Below, piece after piece: positions 47,706 to 59,770 of a stretch of DNA of 64,000 nt. The notes under the pieces were generated by a model. The model was given only the letters and a program-made list of their open reading frames with translations. It did no database searches and was not told where the DNA came from. The stretch is taken from assembly GCA_030390025.1 (NCBI GenBank), contig CM059429.1, forward strand, positions 139,934,001-139,998,000, read 5' to 3'. This DNA comes from Squalus acanthias. Lineage: Eukaryota. The translations under genes and the position numbers were made by a program. Positions within the stretch are counted from its first letter, which is position 1. The number at the start of each line of letters is the position of its first letter.

Positions 47706-50700
47706 ACACTGGTTTGAGACTGGTACCTATTTAAAACAGTTAGAACTCCAGAGGCTGAATTATACTGCCAGCTCTCCACTCTTCTGTTCTTGGGCTAAAC
47801 TTAACTCACTGACATTTAAATGCCACATAAATTTTCAAAGTTAATGAAGATCGCTCAGCTCTTCACAAGCATTAAAAACTTAGGATGCACTTACATTGCA
47901 GCTACTGTTCCGATGCTGGTAGCTGCAGTTTGGGTTCCAGACAGGCAGAACCATGTTTACATTGCCTAGCTAGAACTGTAGCAGTCTTGCCTAGGAGAGA
48001 GCTGTGTGCAAGTGATGCCAATTTGTGCTACACTCTATCCCAACAGTTAAAAATGCAAATATTTAGAAAGCAGGAAGGGGAGAATCTTAAATCTCTAAAC
48101 ATTTAAATTGAGGTTAGGTGGGTTTTCAAATTCCCCCGTGGGACCATCTGAGAACTTTGTAAATCAAGTTTGACACCACACTGGATTTACATTTTATGTG
48201 GTGTCAAGCCAAAGTGATGTCAGACAAACCCCCTCCACCTCCCAGGGAGTTTCACTCCCTTCACTCCGAGTCAGGTTGGATCCTGACTCCAGATTTATAC
48301 TGCCAGTTTAGTGTTGGTATGAAGCTCAAATTGGTTTGAAGATGTTAAATTTGCAGACTTTTAAAGTGAAGAACAGATCACCTGGAATCTCCTTAATTTT
48401 ATACATAAAGTTTTTAAATAGATGCCTGCACAATGGCTGCATTTATACTGTCGCCAGTATGAAACCAGGTGGTGTGAGCTTAGTTCCTTGAGGTGATTGC
48501 AGTTCTTCCAGAATTTGATGTGCCATCAGATTAGCAACTTTACTCCCTAGTTACATGGCAGTTTTTTGCATGCAATTGTATTAAAGAGCTGCATTAACAG
48601 CAACTTCAGGACCATGTGTGTGTTTTATGTACTCACTCTGTTTCCTTATACCATTGGGTTCATTAACTCCTCGAAGTCTTTTCCTTGCTGATTTCATTAC
48701 CATTCCATGTTTAAACAAATCTTTGAGTGGAATGACAGAAAAAATTAATGAAATGTCAAAGTTGATCCTAGTTGATCTTAACTAGTTTATCTTTAAAAGG
48801 AATCTTGATGGTAAGGCTGCTTCTTTATGTATGAGTTTCCACATCTAAGAGCCACAATGACTGAACTTTAAAAGTGAATCTACAGTTCCATGCAGAAATG
48901 TTGATTTTTATGACTAGTTAAAAGTAGCCCCCATCTTTTTAGCATTAATGGCATGTTGAAAACACTATTATATTTGTGTTTGTCCGTAGCTAATTGGTAA
49001 CAACTGAGTTACGGTTACGGAATATAGGCCCAGATGTCCTACAGAATTAAACATGCATTTGAAGCCTATACAGACAGCGATGCGGTTAAAAGAAAATTGT
49101 GCAGCAGTTTTTAATGATTTTATGAATTTGGAAACTTTCTGCTCATACAGTGCTGTCATAATAGATAGATTGTGATAGAAACCTGTTTCTAATCTACTGT
49201 TCAGAGATGGATTCTAACGTGCTGAAAGCTATTTGAAATAACCAGCACCGACTGTACTGAAGTGTGTTTCTAGTGATATAGAGACATCTGAAGGAATGAT
49301 TTAACTGTTTTATATCTTTAAATATTTAGTAATTGATGTGTACAGTATATTTCTGCAACACACAAGCTGGTATTAATCTAGTACCAATCAGATGATGCCC
49401 TATATCTGATAGTGTGCTATGTTGCAAATCATATTTTAACATTATTAAAAGGTTTGATTTCTCTTGACACAGTCGGTACTGAAATGAAGCCTCAGAATTA
49501 TTTTGCTGCCATTGGGTGAGCTTCAAGAATTGTTGGCTGGACTGCTGGATGGAACATAGTTGGTCAACGCTACTCCATCTCATTGGGTGGGGTGAGAGGG
49601 GAAGTTGTGAGTTCTGCTCTCTCCTCACAAACACATGGCTCGACACTCAGACATTAATGGATCCAGATTGATTTTATGGGCATAACTGCTCCAGTCTCCA
49701 CCTCGACCAGCAATTATAGTGACAGAAAGTAATAGGTGAATATTCAATAGGGTGAAATTGTGGAAGAAAATGCTCCCAATTATAAAGAGTATAACGAATA
49801 TCATTAATAGAGATGTTTCATGCAGCCGAGTTGACAGTTGAAGTATTTAAGTAATATCCAATATCCATTGTATTAATGTGGAAAAATCCATGAGATTTAA
49901 AAAAAAAATCATCAGAAAAGAACAAATTTTGACTTGATGCATAAATCAAACTTTTATATTGGGGGACCTGTGTTTTCTTTCATTCAGAACCCAACTCATT
50001 CAGAGTTACTGCTGTCACCAGCACTTTGTGTTCATGTAGAATTTCTAAGTAGTGACACCACAGCCGTACTCACTACTAATTCATTCAGTTTTTTCAGTCC
50101 TTGGAAAACATTTGTGAATTGCACATTTCACTGACTGGTATCAGACAGCATCATATACTCAAATAAATCAGGAAGCTTTATGCATAAATAGAAGTACAAA
50201 AATGGGGAAAAGCCATGATTTATGGAATATTATAAATACATTATTTTCTTCAAAAGTAAAATGCAATTAATGTTGAAAATATGTTATGCTGCTCTGACAA
50301 ACAAGATCTGACTTAAAGATCCTTTAAAAATTTAGTCAAGTCATTTAAAAATAATTGAATATTGCTTCTCGACTGAGGGTCATTTGTAAACTCTTTAGTC
50401 TGAATTAATTGTGCTGGTGTACAGTCTTGTAACAGAGGCAACAGGGCCTTTACTTTCCATTCAGATGGCTGAAGTGTGGAGTCTGAGGGCTGTTTCCCAT
50501 TGATAGGAATGAATTCCTTTAGCTGTTGGTTGGTCTCTTTGATGGGGTGTTTTTGGTACATGGGGACTTTTCATCTCAGTGGAAGGGAGTTGGCTCAGTC
50601 ACTACAAATGTACTTACACTCAGTTGAATGAAATGGTATTGATGAAAATCATGGCTGAGATAAGTTGCATAGTGATGAACGGCTCTAGTGGGAAAAGCCA

Positions 50701-50994
50701 AAATAAATATCTAAATAGAATTGTATTGGTAAAATCTATTCATAACTTACTGTTTTATGTTAGTCCACATATTATTTTCCTTTTATTTGGTTATTTAATT
50801 CTGTTAAATGTTTTCAGCAGTATCATCCTTTAGTTTATTGTGAGCTTGTAGGATTTATTTTATTCTGGTTTATTTTTCCTTAACCCTTCTTCAACTTTCG
50901 TGATAAGAAAAATGAGGTCCTCTCCAGTCCTTCCTCTTTTGGAAAGTCTGTTATTAGTTTTTGATCAAAATGGTTTGGTAGATGTACAGTGACC

Positions 50995-52275
50995 CAGCCA
51001 ATTACTGCCCTATCAGTCTCTTCCCCCATCAGCAGTAAAGCAATGGAAGGAATCATCAATAGTGCCATCACCAATAACCTGCTCACCAAGGCTCAATTCT
51101 GATTCTATCAGAAGTACTCAGCTTCAGATCTCATCACAGCCGTGACCCAGATATGGACATAAGAGCTGAATGACAGAGGAGAGGTGACAATAGCCACCCA
51201 CGACATTAATGCAGATTTTGACCAAGTTTAGCATTAAAAACTGAGGTTAATGGGGTCAAGGGGAAAACCCTCGAGTGGTTAGAATCATACCTGATACTGA
51301 GAGATGACTGTGGTTGTTGAACGACAGCCATTGTGGCCCCAGGTTGTCACTGCAGGAGCTCCTCAGGGCAACGTCTTCTACCTAGCTATCTTCAGCTGCT
51401 TCCCTTCATCATAAAGTCAGGGGTGGGGCTGCTTGCTAACAATTCTACAGTGTTCAATTCCATTCACATCTTCTTCAATAATGATGCAGCTCATGCCAGC
51501 CTACAGCAGGACTTGGACAACACCTAGGTTTGTGCTAACAAGTGGAAATTAACATTTGCACCATGCAAGTGCCAGATAATGACCATCTCTAACAAGAGAA
51601 AGCCCAAACACCTCTCCCTGACCTGCTACAACACCATTATTGCTGAGACCTCAACCATCAACATCCTGGGGATGCCACTGACTAAAAACTTAATTGATCC
51701 AGCTGTGGTTACAAGAGCAGGGCAAAGGCTTGTTCCTCTGTGATGAGTGACTCACCTCTTTATCCTCCAAACATCTTCACCATCTACAAGGCACTAGTCA
51801 AGAGTGTAGTGGAATATTCACTAGTCGCCTAGATGTGTGCAGCTACATCAATATTGGAGGCTTGACCCCATCCAGAACAGAGTAGTTCAGTTGATTAGCA
51901 CCCTGGTACTGGACTTAATATATAACCCCTCCATCACCAGTGTACTGTGGCTGCAGGATGCACTGCTGTAACTACTTAAGCTTGCTTCAACTGCACATCC
52001 CAGCCTCACAACCTCTAAGACCAAGATAAGAGCAACAAAATCACGGAACATCATCACCTCCAAATTTCCCTCCAAGTCATCATCCTGACTTGGTCAAGTA
52101 TCACCTCTCCTTCATTGATGCCGGGTCAAAATCCTAGAATTCCCTACCTAACACCATTGTGGGAGCAGTATCATGACAGGAACTGCAGTATTCCATGAAG
52201 GCCCACCACCACCTTCTCATGGCAACTAGGAATGTGCAATAAATGTGGCCTTGCCAGCAATGCCACAGAACATGT
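50995..52275 (+). mobile_element. Degenerate CR1/L2-group LINE (RT and 3' UTR)
   Basis: Decayed NYCPISL, DINADFDQV and AGAPQG motifs, with LLANNSTVF in place of the FADD region. 3' end gcaataaatgtggccttgccagcaatgccaca is shared with the 12242 SINE family. Confidence 0.75.
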
Positions 52276-53567
52276 CTGTAATAAATATACATAAAACTCA
52301 TGTGGCCACCTAAGTGATTGTCCTTTTGGCTCACTATATACCATTGGGTTTATTTATAAATTATATTTGTCGTGATTGAATTGGTGAATGTAAGACTTTA
52401 GACAAGAGCATCATGACTTTGAATTGCAGCTTCATCTTACACTCAGACTTACCTTCCCTGACTGCGCAAGTTTTGCCATTTCTTGGTTGGGCAGCTAGAT
52501 AAACCACATTAAGACGATCAAGGACTTCAGCTTTAGGAAGAGCCAATATTACAAGGACTAGCTGCTCTTTATCAAACCTCTGCAGGACCACTGAAGAAAT
52601 CCTCAGTTCAAACTGTTCCCTTGAAGGAAGAAGTATGTCAAAGGCAGTGAACTTGGCAGAGGGGAAGTCGAGAAAACTTGTGTTAAAGAAGAGATGAGGA
52701 CATCAAGTTTCTCAAAACATTAAGGAATTTATTCAATCCTCAAATTATCTATTTTTTAAATAAAATGTTAGGCCATGATTTATTTGGTTGGCTGCAGGGG
52801 AAATAAGTACTGAAGAAATGCTAATTTAATGCAGTACACCAAACTTTGTGAGTCTTAGATATGCTGCAGAGCAGTGGAACTCAGAGTAAACAGGAAGAGA
52901 TGTGTGAAAAGAAGGGTTAGGATCTTTTTTTTTTAATTGGATCATCGGAACTGGAAAAAACTGGGTTGAAATGGTTGAATCATAAAACCCTGGAAAATTA
53001 GTCAGAATCTTCCTACCCACATGGATGCAGATTTATACTGGGTGTCTCCCAAGTGCCCAGCTCGTTTGTATCAATCCTAGCTCGGCTCCTTGAGCACAGA
53101 CAGAAATAACATACCACATGGAGAAAGCAAACACAAAATGAAAATGCCAGAGTCAGAATGAATGACATTAAAAACACTTAATAAAAAGTCTGTAGCTCTT
53201 CTCAAGTCCAAAATATTTGAGGATGGAAAAGGAAAGAAACATTGCCCTAATACATATACAGGATGCATGTGGAACCAATTAAACTGCCAATATTGCAGAA
53301 ATCTTTTGTTGTTCTTATACAACACACTAAATGATTTACACCAAGTCGAATTTTTTTTATTGTAAAGAACTAACACAGAGGAGCAAAATTGTTACAAAAG
53401 TGACGATGGACTTTATTGAATGTTAATTTATGAGTTAATTCCTTTATGCTGAGCTTCAGTTGACACTGAACAGCAGAGCTGAAAATGCTACTATGTTTAT
53501 GAATACAAATTGAAGTTACTCCAATTCTTAGGACTAGAAATGAACTTGCCACCACAACCTGCAGCAA

Positions 53568-54190
53568 GTTAGCGGATCGATCGCTCCGTGCATTCAACTG
53601 TACCGGCACCGGATCTCCAATTAGTCCAACGAGCCGCAGGCGCCGATCGGGTGTCCCGATACAGCTCGTCAGTTTGGAGGTCACCAATTTGGGTCAGTTG
53701 TGACGCCGGCTGTGGTCCTGTGGTAGGTCCTGGGGAGGGAGGCGAGCGCCGGCTCACAGTGATGCTGAAGAGCCGGGTGGAGCATTCCCGCTCCTCTTGC
53801 CACCACCTCGAGTTAAGTTTAAAAATAAAACGCGTTTCTTCTTCGGCGGCCTCCAGCGCTCCCTTTAAGGATCACTGGTTATACCGCCATAGACCAGCAA
53901 AGCATGCGTGGCCCGGGCTCCGCTTAGTTATTCCCCAATTCGGACCATTGCCGGCGTCGCAACCACCCCCCAAATTGGTGACCTCCATCCTGAAGCAGGT
54001 TTTAAACCCATGATGAAGGGAGCCGAGCGCCTGTTCTCGGCGCCCGGGGCACTCTGAGGCCCCGATTGCCGATTTGGTAGCCGGCACATAACGGGAGGGA
54101 TTGGGCGCAGGAAACTGCCACCCAAAAATAGTCCTCCTAATCCTGATTTTTGCACCCAGAAATCAAGCACGACATATGCCAATTTCTATC
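53568..54190 (-). mobile_element. Young CpG-rich non-autonomous DNA element fragment
   Basis: Abrupt GC/CpG-rich block in AT-rich intron. One terminus ggatagaaattggc resembles the GG-start TIRs seen elsewhere; the other end was not identified. Confidence 0.45.
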
Positions 54191-54999
54191 CTTAATATTT
54201 TGATCGTCTCATTCCATACCGGATCCCCCCCCACTCCTCCGTTTTGAACTGATGTATTGCCATTTTTCTAAATGGAGGAATGGTACATGTTTGTTTGGCC
54301 CTGAAATCTGGAACTCACCTACTTCTCTGGCATTGATTTATCGGAAGAAATTGCAACTTTAACAGTTCTGTTCTGGTTCAAAATGTGTCAGACTTCTGTT
54401 ACTTTGAACTGAACTATAGTAAAAGCCCAATCCAAGGCTGGCACAGTCACCCTTCAGTTGACGTTGCAGATTTTGTTCTTTAGGATTTTTTTTGTAAATG
54501 TGTAATGCAAATCTTAAACAAATATTCTCCATTTAACCAAAGCTTCTGAGTAGCCTAGTAAATGTAACCAATCACATTAAATTTGAAACTTTAGTTATCA
54601 AGCGCTTAGTGATGGCACGTTCTAGAAAGTTTGTCACTTTCCATTGTAAGCTTTCTGCTTCTAAACATTTTACTGGGATCATCTACACTTGTAATGAGCT
54701 GGATCTTCTGCTTGGCTGTTACGGCGGTAGATGTGCGGCAGGTGGAGACTTTTATCTGTCCGTGTGCATGTTGGATTTGGATACCGGGGTAGACTCACCG
54801 CTAATCAGTGTCCCACTAATGGTTGGCAGTCTGCACTTGCGGTGGTGGAAATCCTCTTGTGCCTGCAGGCTCCCTGCAAACAACCTCGTGTTACTGGTTC
54901 ATCCGATGATTGTGGACCCGGGATGGTCAAGGATAGGCAGGGCGAACAGTGTTGCATGGAGTGGGGAATACCACTTTTTAAGAGGAGTCGACTGGGCGA

Positions 55000-55625
55000 G
55001 TGTTGCAGATATTTTTGGCTGCACCCATAGGATTCTCCTTAGCATCCTCTTCCTCTTGTTGCTGCTGGACCGCGCCTACCCCTGTTGTCTCTGTGAGTTC
55101 CCTCTTGGTAAATTTTCAGTGCAAAATTGTGCAACATGCAGCAGAATAGGCACTGTTATGGAGATTCATTCAAACTCTACTGGAGTGCTCCATCAGACCG
55201 ATCAATGAGCAGGAAGCATGCCTTCAGCATTTTGATGATGTGTTCGATTCACATCATGGTGGCAGAATAGTCCTCATTGAACCTGTGATCGGCTGGGCTC
55301 CTGAGGATCCTCAACCGTGTCATTAACCAAGACGAAGGAGGAGGCATTTATCCCTCAGGGCCCCAGTGGACATTTGCCTTTCGTGTTGGAAGAGTGGAAA
55401 CAGTCAAGATGAAAGTCATGACAGCTCACCAGATAAGGAGCATTCACCATGCATGAATTCATGATGATGGTCGCACACTGGCTGTACATATATGGAGTAG
55501 AACCCTTTTCTGTTGCTACATGACACAACGAATAAAGGGAGTCTATGCAAATATATGGGTTCCATCGATAGCCCCATGAACTTTGAGGAATTCTACCGTA
55601 CGGAAGAATCCCATTGCCTCTCAGA
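55000..55625 (-). pseudogene. Harbinger (HARBI1-like) DDE transposase pseudogene, catalytic half
   Basis: Across frameshifts: GFFRTVEFLKVHGAIDGTHI, NRKGFYSIYVQPVCDHH, VNAPYLVSCHD, LRDK..SWLMTRLR..RFNEDYSAT..IEHIIKMLKACFLLIDRSDGALQ, CCMLHNFAL. These are DDE_Tnp_4 motifs in the correct order. Confidence 0.9.
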
Positions 55626-56140
55626 CCGAGACCTTTGATCAATATGGAAGGTAATGAACTCAACAATGTGAGAAAACAAAGCATTTCATTCAATCGAAAT
55701 CATTTACTATTAGTAGGCAGAAAATACACAAAAAGTAATAAAAACCAAAGTCAAATGATTGCAATGCAAGGATTTGCCAGTGCTTACAATATATAAGTCT
55801 TGCGGCAGATTAAAAGCAATTCTCCCATTACCCTACACCATAGCAACAGAATACATCTGTTTTATATAGCCACCTCTTATGTCAGTTGTAAATAAATGTG
55901 TACTGATGGATGAAGCCCACTGACAAATACTGTGATATCACGGAGACCTAGAATGGGACATGTAAAATGGCAGTTCATTAGAAAGCCAACTCAACCTAGC
56001 CTAATTTAGTAATTTTGTGTTTGGAATTTGTTGCAATGTTTAACTCAGCCATGCAACATTCCGTAAGGAAACATGAAGCTGGCAAGGAGAACTGTTACAA
56101 ATCTGAGGGCTGTGGGATTTCAACAAGATTCAGAAATATT

Positions 56141-56878
56141 GGGGTAAAGTTTCCGTTTTGGGCGCAATCGACAATCTGGGTGCAAATTGCACTTGAAATT
56201 GAGCTGGTTTTCTAAAGTGGTTCAAGTTTCCGCTCAAACACATTTGCATAATCACAAACCTAAAATTTTGCATGAACTAGCTTGTTTTTTAAAATTAAAA
56301 TGCAATATCAGCAAAAATATTAGTTAACTTTCCAGTAAGTATTTAGTGAAACAGTGGAAGTATTATTTAATTTCAGATGCAAATGGACAATGTAATAAAA
56401 CGTAATTGTTTATTTTTTTCCATGAAAAAAATATTCCTTGATGTTTAAGAGTGGTAACCTGGTGCAGTTTTATTAATGCAGCTGAAAATGGGTTTATCAC
56501 AAAACAGAAGCATTTTTAATAAGTGTGTCTAGTCCACCACCTGTAAGTAACCTGATTTTAAATCACTGAAAATGACTTTAATAAAACTAATCTGAACCAT
56601 TTACTAGTTTCATTACTGTAAAAAAAAGCTTAATTTTAAGAGCCTTCTCGAACGGTTGTAAATGGACACAATCGGTGGAAACTTGCCAGACTTATTATTT
56701 TGAGCTGGGAGCGTGGCCAGTTTTGTGGGTGGGGTCGGCTTCCAGCGCAATGTTTTTTAAACCAATGTTAAAGAGCGTGGAAACTCGATTTACGCTCGAC
56801 ATAATTTGTGCTTAAAATTCCTCGATCTTTTACGCTGGTTTGGCCAATTTCCGGCGAAACTAGCGGAAACTCTAGGCC
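56141..56878. mobile_element. MITE with 15-bp imperfect TIRs and 3-bp ATT target-site duplication
   Basis: att|ggggtaaagtttccg ... cggaaactctaggcc|att. Confidence 0.75.
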
Positions 56879-58299
56879 ATTGTTTTTCCGCATCTTTTCT
56901 GTGAAGAAATTGCAGCTCCTGTTGCTGAAATACTTTACATAAATACTTTACATAGCTGGTGACCTCGTGGGATGCAAAGGTTCCTAAAATCCAAATCTAT
57001 GAGAAACTGGCCATGTTTCACAATGTTTTACAGCGTCAATGACTCCCACTTCTACTATATTGTGCAATGATGATTAGCTACTGGTTATTTTTTCATCTTT
57101 AACAAATAATCATTTAATTCCACTAAAACTCTTGTCATTTCTCTTGTACTGTGTACACAGCTCAGCATGTTCCAACAGCACCCTGTAAAAGAGTTACATG
57201 TAAATTTAGCTTTCCCTTTCGTGTAGTGACATAGTTGATACATTCTGATTGTGTTCAATTTTCTATTTCAGTCATGTGATGTTTCTTCAAAAGGTTTATA
57301 GCCCATGGAAATCAATTGTGATTGTTTATATTGTTGCATATATTATATAAATTAATTGTTGAGATGAAGTCTGCAGCAGAAACTTGGAGTTTTGAGAGCA
57401 TCACCAGCATATCTGGAGTGTAGAACAGTCTTATAATACTACTGTCCAACACAACTACAATTCCATATGGCCTGTGGTGTTTGCATTAGCAACACACACA
57501 TACTACAGGAAAGCAGTGATAGATGGCTTCTCTAATTGGACAGAGCTTCAGTAGAATAGATGGTGATGGGAGTAAAACTACCTGCTGAATGAGGACTAGC
57601 AAACGCGTGGGACAGCAGAGGGAATACAGAAATCCTCTGAGACTTGTCTGGTGAAATGCAAGAATTGGACTGAGTTTGATTAAAGGCAGATTTGGTTAAA
57701 GGTGTATAGTAAAAGAGATCATCAATGCAACAGTTTGGATGGGCTTTTGGGCTTGAAATAACTTCATGTAGAAATTCAAGGTTATATACAAGTGGTATAG
57801 CAGTTGACATTTTCAATGATGCGAGAAAAAATGATCTACATTTGGAGAAGCTATGATATGTCTTCCATTATCACACATAATTATGCTTCTATAATTACCT
57901 CACTGTTTCAGGTGGAAATCATACTCTCCAGGTTTTAAAATTTGCCTGTTTTCTCTCTTGTTTTGCTTGGTTGTTTGGAATTTGTTTTGCTACTATGTCT
58001 CCATGGAGGCGTATTTCCGGTATGTGCTTACTGTTAGATACATCGAAAGATTTACAGCCATAACATGTCCCGGCTGGCTTCAATTGTGTGGCTGAGGTGC
58101 ACATGAAAGAGATGCAACTGAATAAACACAGGTGTGGGTTACCGTTGACAGTTTATTTTTCTGCCAGCACCAAGTTTCCTTATAGTGTGAACCACTAGTG
58201 ATTAGATATATCCACACACAATTCCATTGGTCATCAGCCTGCTACCTCAAAACAAAATTAATCAAGTTAAGCATCAGAAAATAAATACTGTCTTTTAAT

Positions 58300-58650
58300 T
58301 ATCTTTCTTACTTCTTTAGACTCTTCTTTCAACCTCATTTAAACCTCTCCAGCCAAATCATATAGCCTCGCCACCTGTTTTCTTTTATACCGAACAGTCT
58401 TCTCTGTTCACCTATCCTGTTTCACACCTTTCTCCAGTCTTAAGCTTGTTCCCCTGCCTTTTCACATCTCTCCCCATCCTTTAGTTTGCCCGCTTATCAT
58501 CTTTTACACCTCTCTGGTTCTACGGAATACTCTCTATGCATTCTTACACCTTACGCCCAATCCTTTATCTTGCCCTTCTTCCCACCCTCTCTCTTTTCAT
58601 CTCTCTCCCTGTTTCTGCAGCCTGTTTACCCAGTCACCTTTTCCTATCAG
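58300..58650. repeat. Pyrimidine-rich low-complexity tract
   Basis: Strong C/T bias on the + strand with no periodic unit. Confidence 0.5.
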
Positions 58651-59515
58651 AAGAAATAGAATTCAAAGTCATGCCCCTCTGATTGGGCCACAGTGCTCTA
58701 TAAATAATAACTACTCAATTAGGTAAGTTACAATAAAATAGTTAGTTTCAGGTAGGAGAAGATCTTTGGCCTATCTAACCCACTGTATTACCTTGATGCA
58801 TTTCTAATAACCCTGAATCCCGACAAGAACCTGCCTAGTTCCTTCTTGAAACTTATTAAGGTTTTTTCTTCCATCGCCCATAATCTGTTCCACATACTGA
58901 ACACCCTTTTAGTAAAAAAGTTCCTCCTGCATTTATTATTTTCTTTTGTTGTAGGACCAGATGTGTACAAAAGAAGTAGGAAGGCAGAAGAAATCATAGA
59001 CAGCAACACAAAAGTAACATTAACACCAGTTATGTTTGAGTACTTAATGACCTAGGAAACATTAAACCAATGTCCTGTCTATTTTACAGTGCTGACTCTT
59101 CGGATTACACACCAAGTAAAATAACTTCATAAAACTTGCCTGTAAGCCATGTTTATTTAAAGAAAGCAAGGAGTAGACTTAGAACAAATATGTAAGAATT
59201 GTGGAAAACCAATTATACACTTCAGAGACTTGCTTAAATACAAGGGCTTTATAAAGCAAAAATTACAAAATTAAACAACATCCCTTCACAACCTGAAAAT
59301 TTACAAGAGCCAAGACTCAGAATAAGGGATTTCCAACCTCTAAAATTGACTGGTTAAGGGGTTAAGAATAGATTTTGTGGGAAATGTAGGAACATAAATC
59401 TGACTGGAACAGTGTGAGAAAAAAATGAACCAGCTGGAAACAGGACAATCTGGAGATTGATGTGTGTGTTGAAGCTGTACACAGTTATATTTCCTCTTTG
59501 CTTTCTTTTGATCAG

Positions 59516-59613
59516 GACTGGCCTAGAGGCCATCATGGAGACATATGCCTTCTGGAGACCTCCTGTTCGGACCCTCACATTTGAGGATTTTACCAACATG
59601 CAGAAGCAACAAG
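59516..59613 (+). CDS. tbx15: TBX15 coding exon 7 (post-T-box)
   Basis: ctttcttttgatcag|GACTGGC...CAACAAG|gtaatg. 98 bp. TGLEAIMETYAFWRPPVRTLTFEDFTNMQKQQ(G), the TBX15-type sequence (TBX18 has MGLEALVESYAFWRPSL). Confidence 0.98.
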
Positions 59614-59700
59614 GTAATGGGGCAGAATGTTTACCTGTATTTTTATTTTTTTCCCTGTACAGGCTATAGAATTTGGAATGGCCATTGTCACTGCCACTCT

Positions 59701-59770
59701 ATTAGGGATGGGCAATAAATGCTGGCCTTGCCAGCGACGCCCACATCCCAGGAACAAATAAAAAAAAAGA
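59701..59770 (+). mobile_element. Extremely 5'-truncated LINE/SINE 3' tail with A-rich end
   Basis: attagggatgggcaataaatgctggccttgccagcgacgcccacatcccaggaacaaataaaaaaaaa matches the tails at ~12590-12655 and ~52225-52270. Confidence 0.85.

Noticed and set aside
53568-54190. CpG-island promoter
   Set aside because: Sharp edges and a TIR-like terminus fit a young transposon fragment better.
54609-55208. 199-aa + strand ORF as a gene
   Set aside because: No recognisable domain, and it partly overlaps the antisense of the Harbinger transposase fossil.
23435-59613. Assignment to TBX18, TBX22 or TBX20
   Set aside because: [29 protein letters not shown] and TGLEAIMETYAFWRPPV are TBX15-type. One residue (RQVISF) is TBX18-like, which is not enough to change the call.
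59614-59662. Strong-looking acceptor ttttttccctgtacag as the start of the last exon
   Set aside because: It would need a 49-nt intron, and the downstream sequence does not encode the expected GSTGTSPTTSS-like C-terminus.
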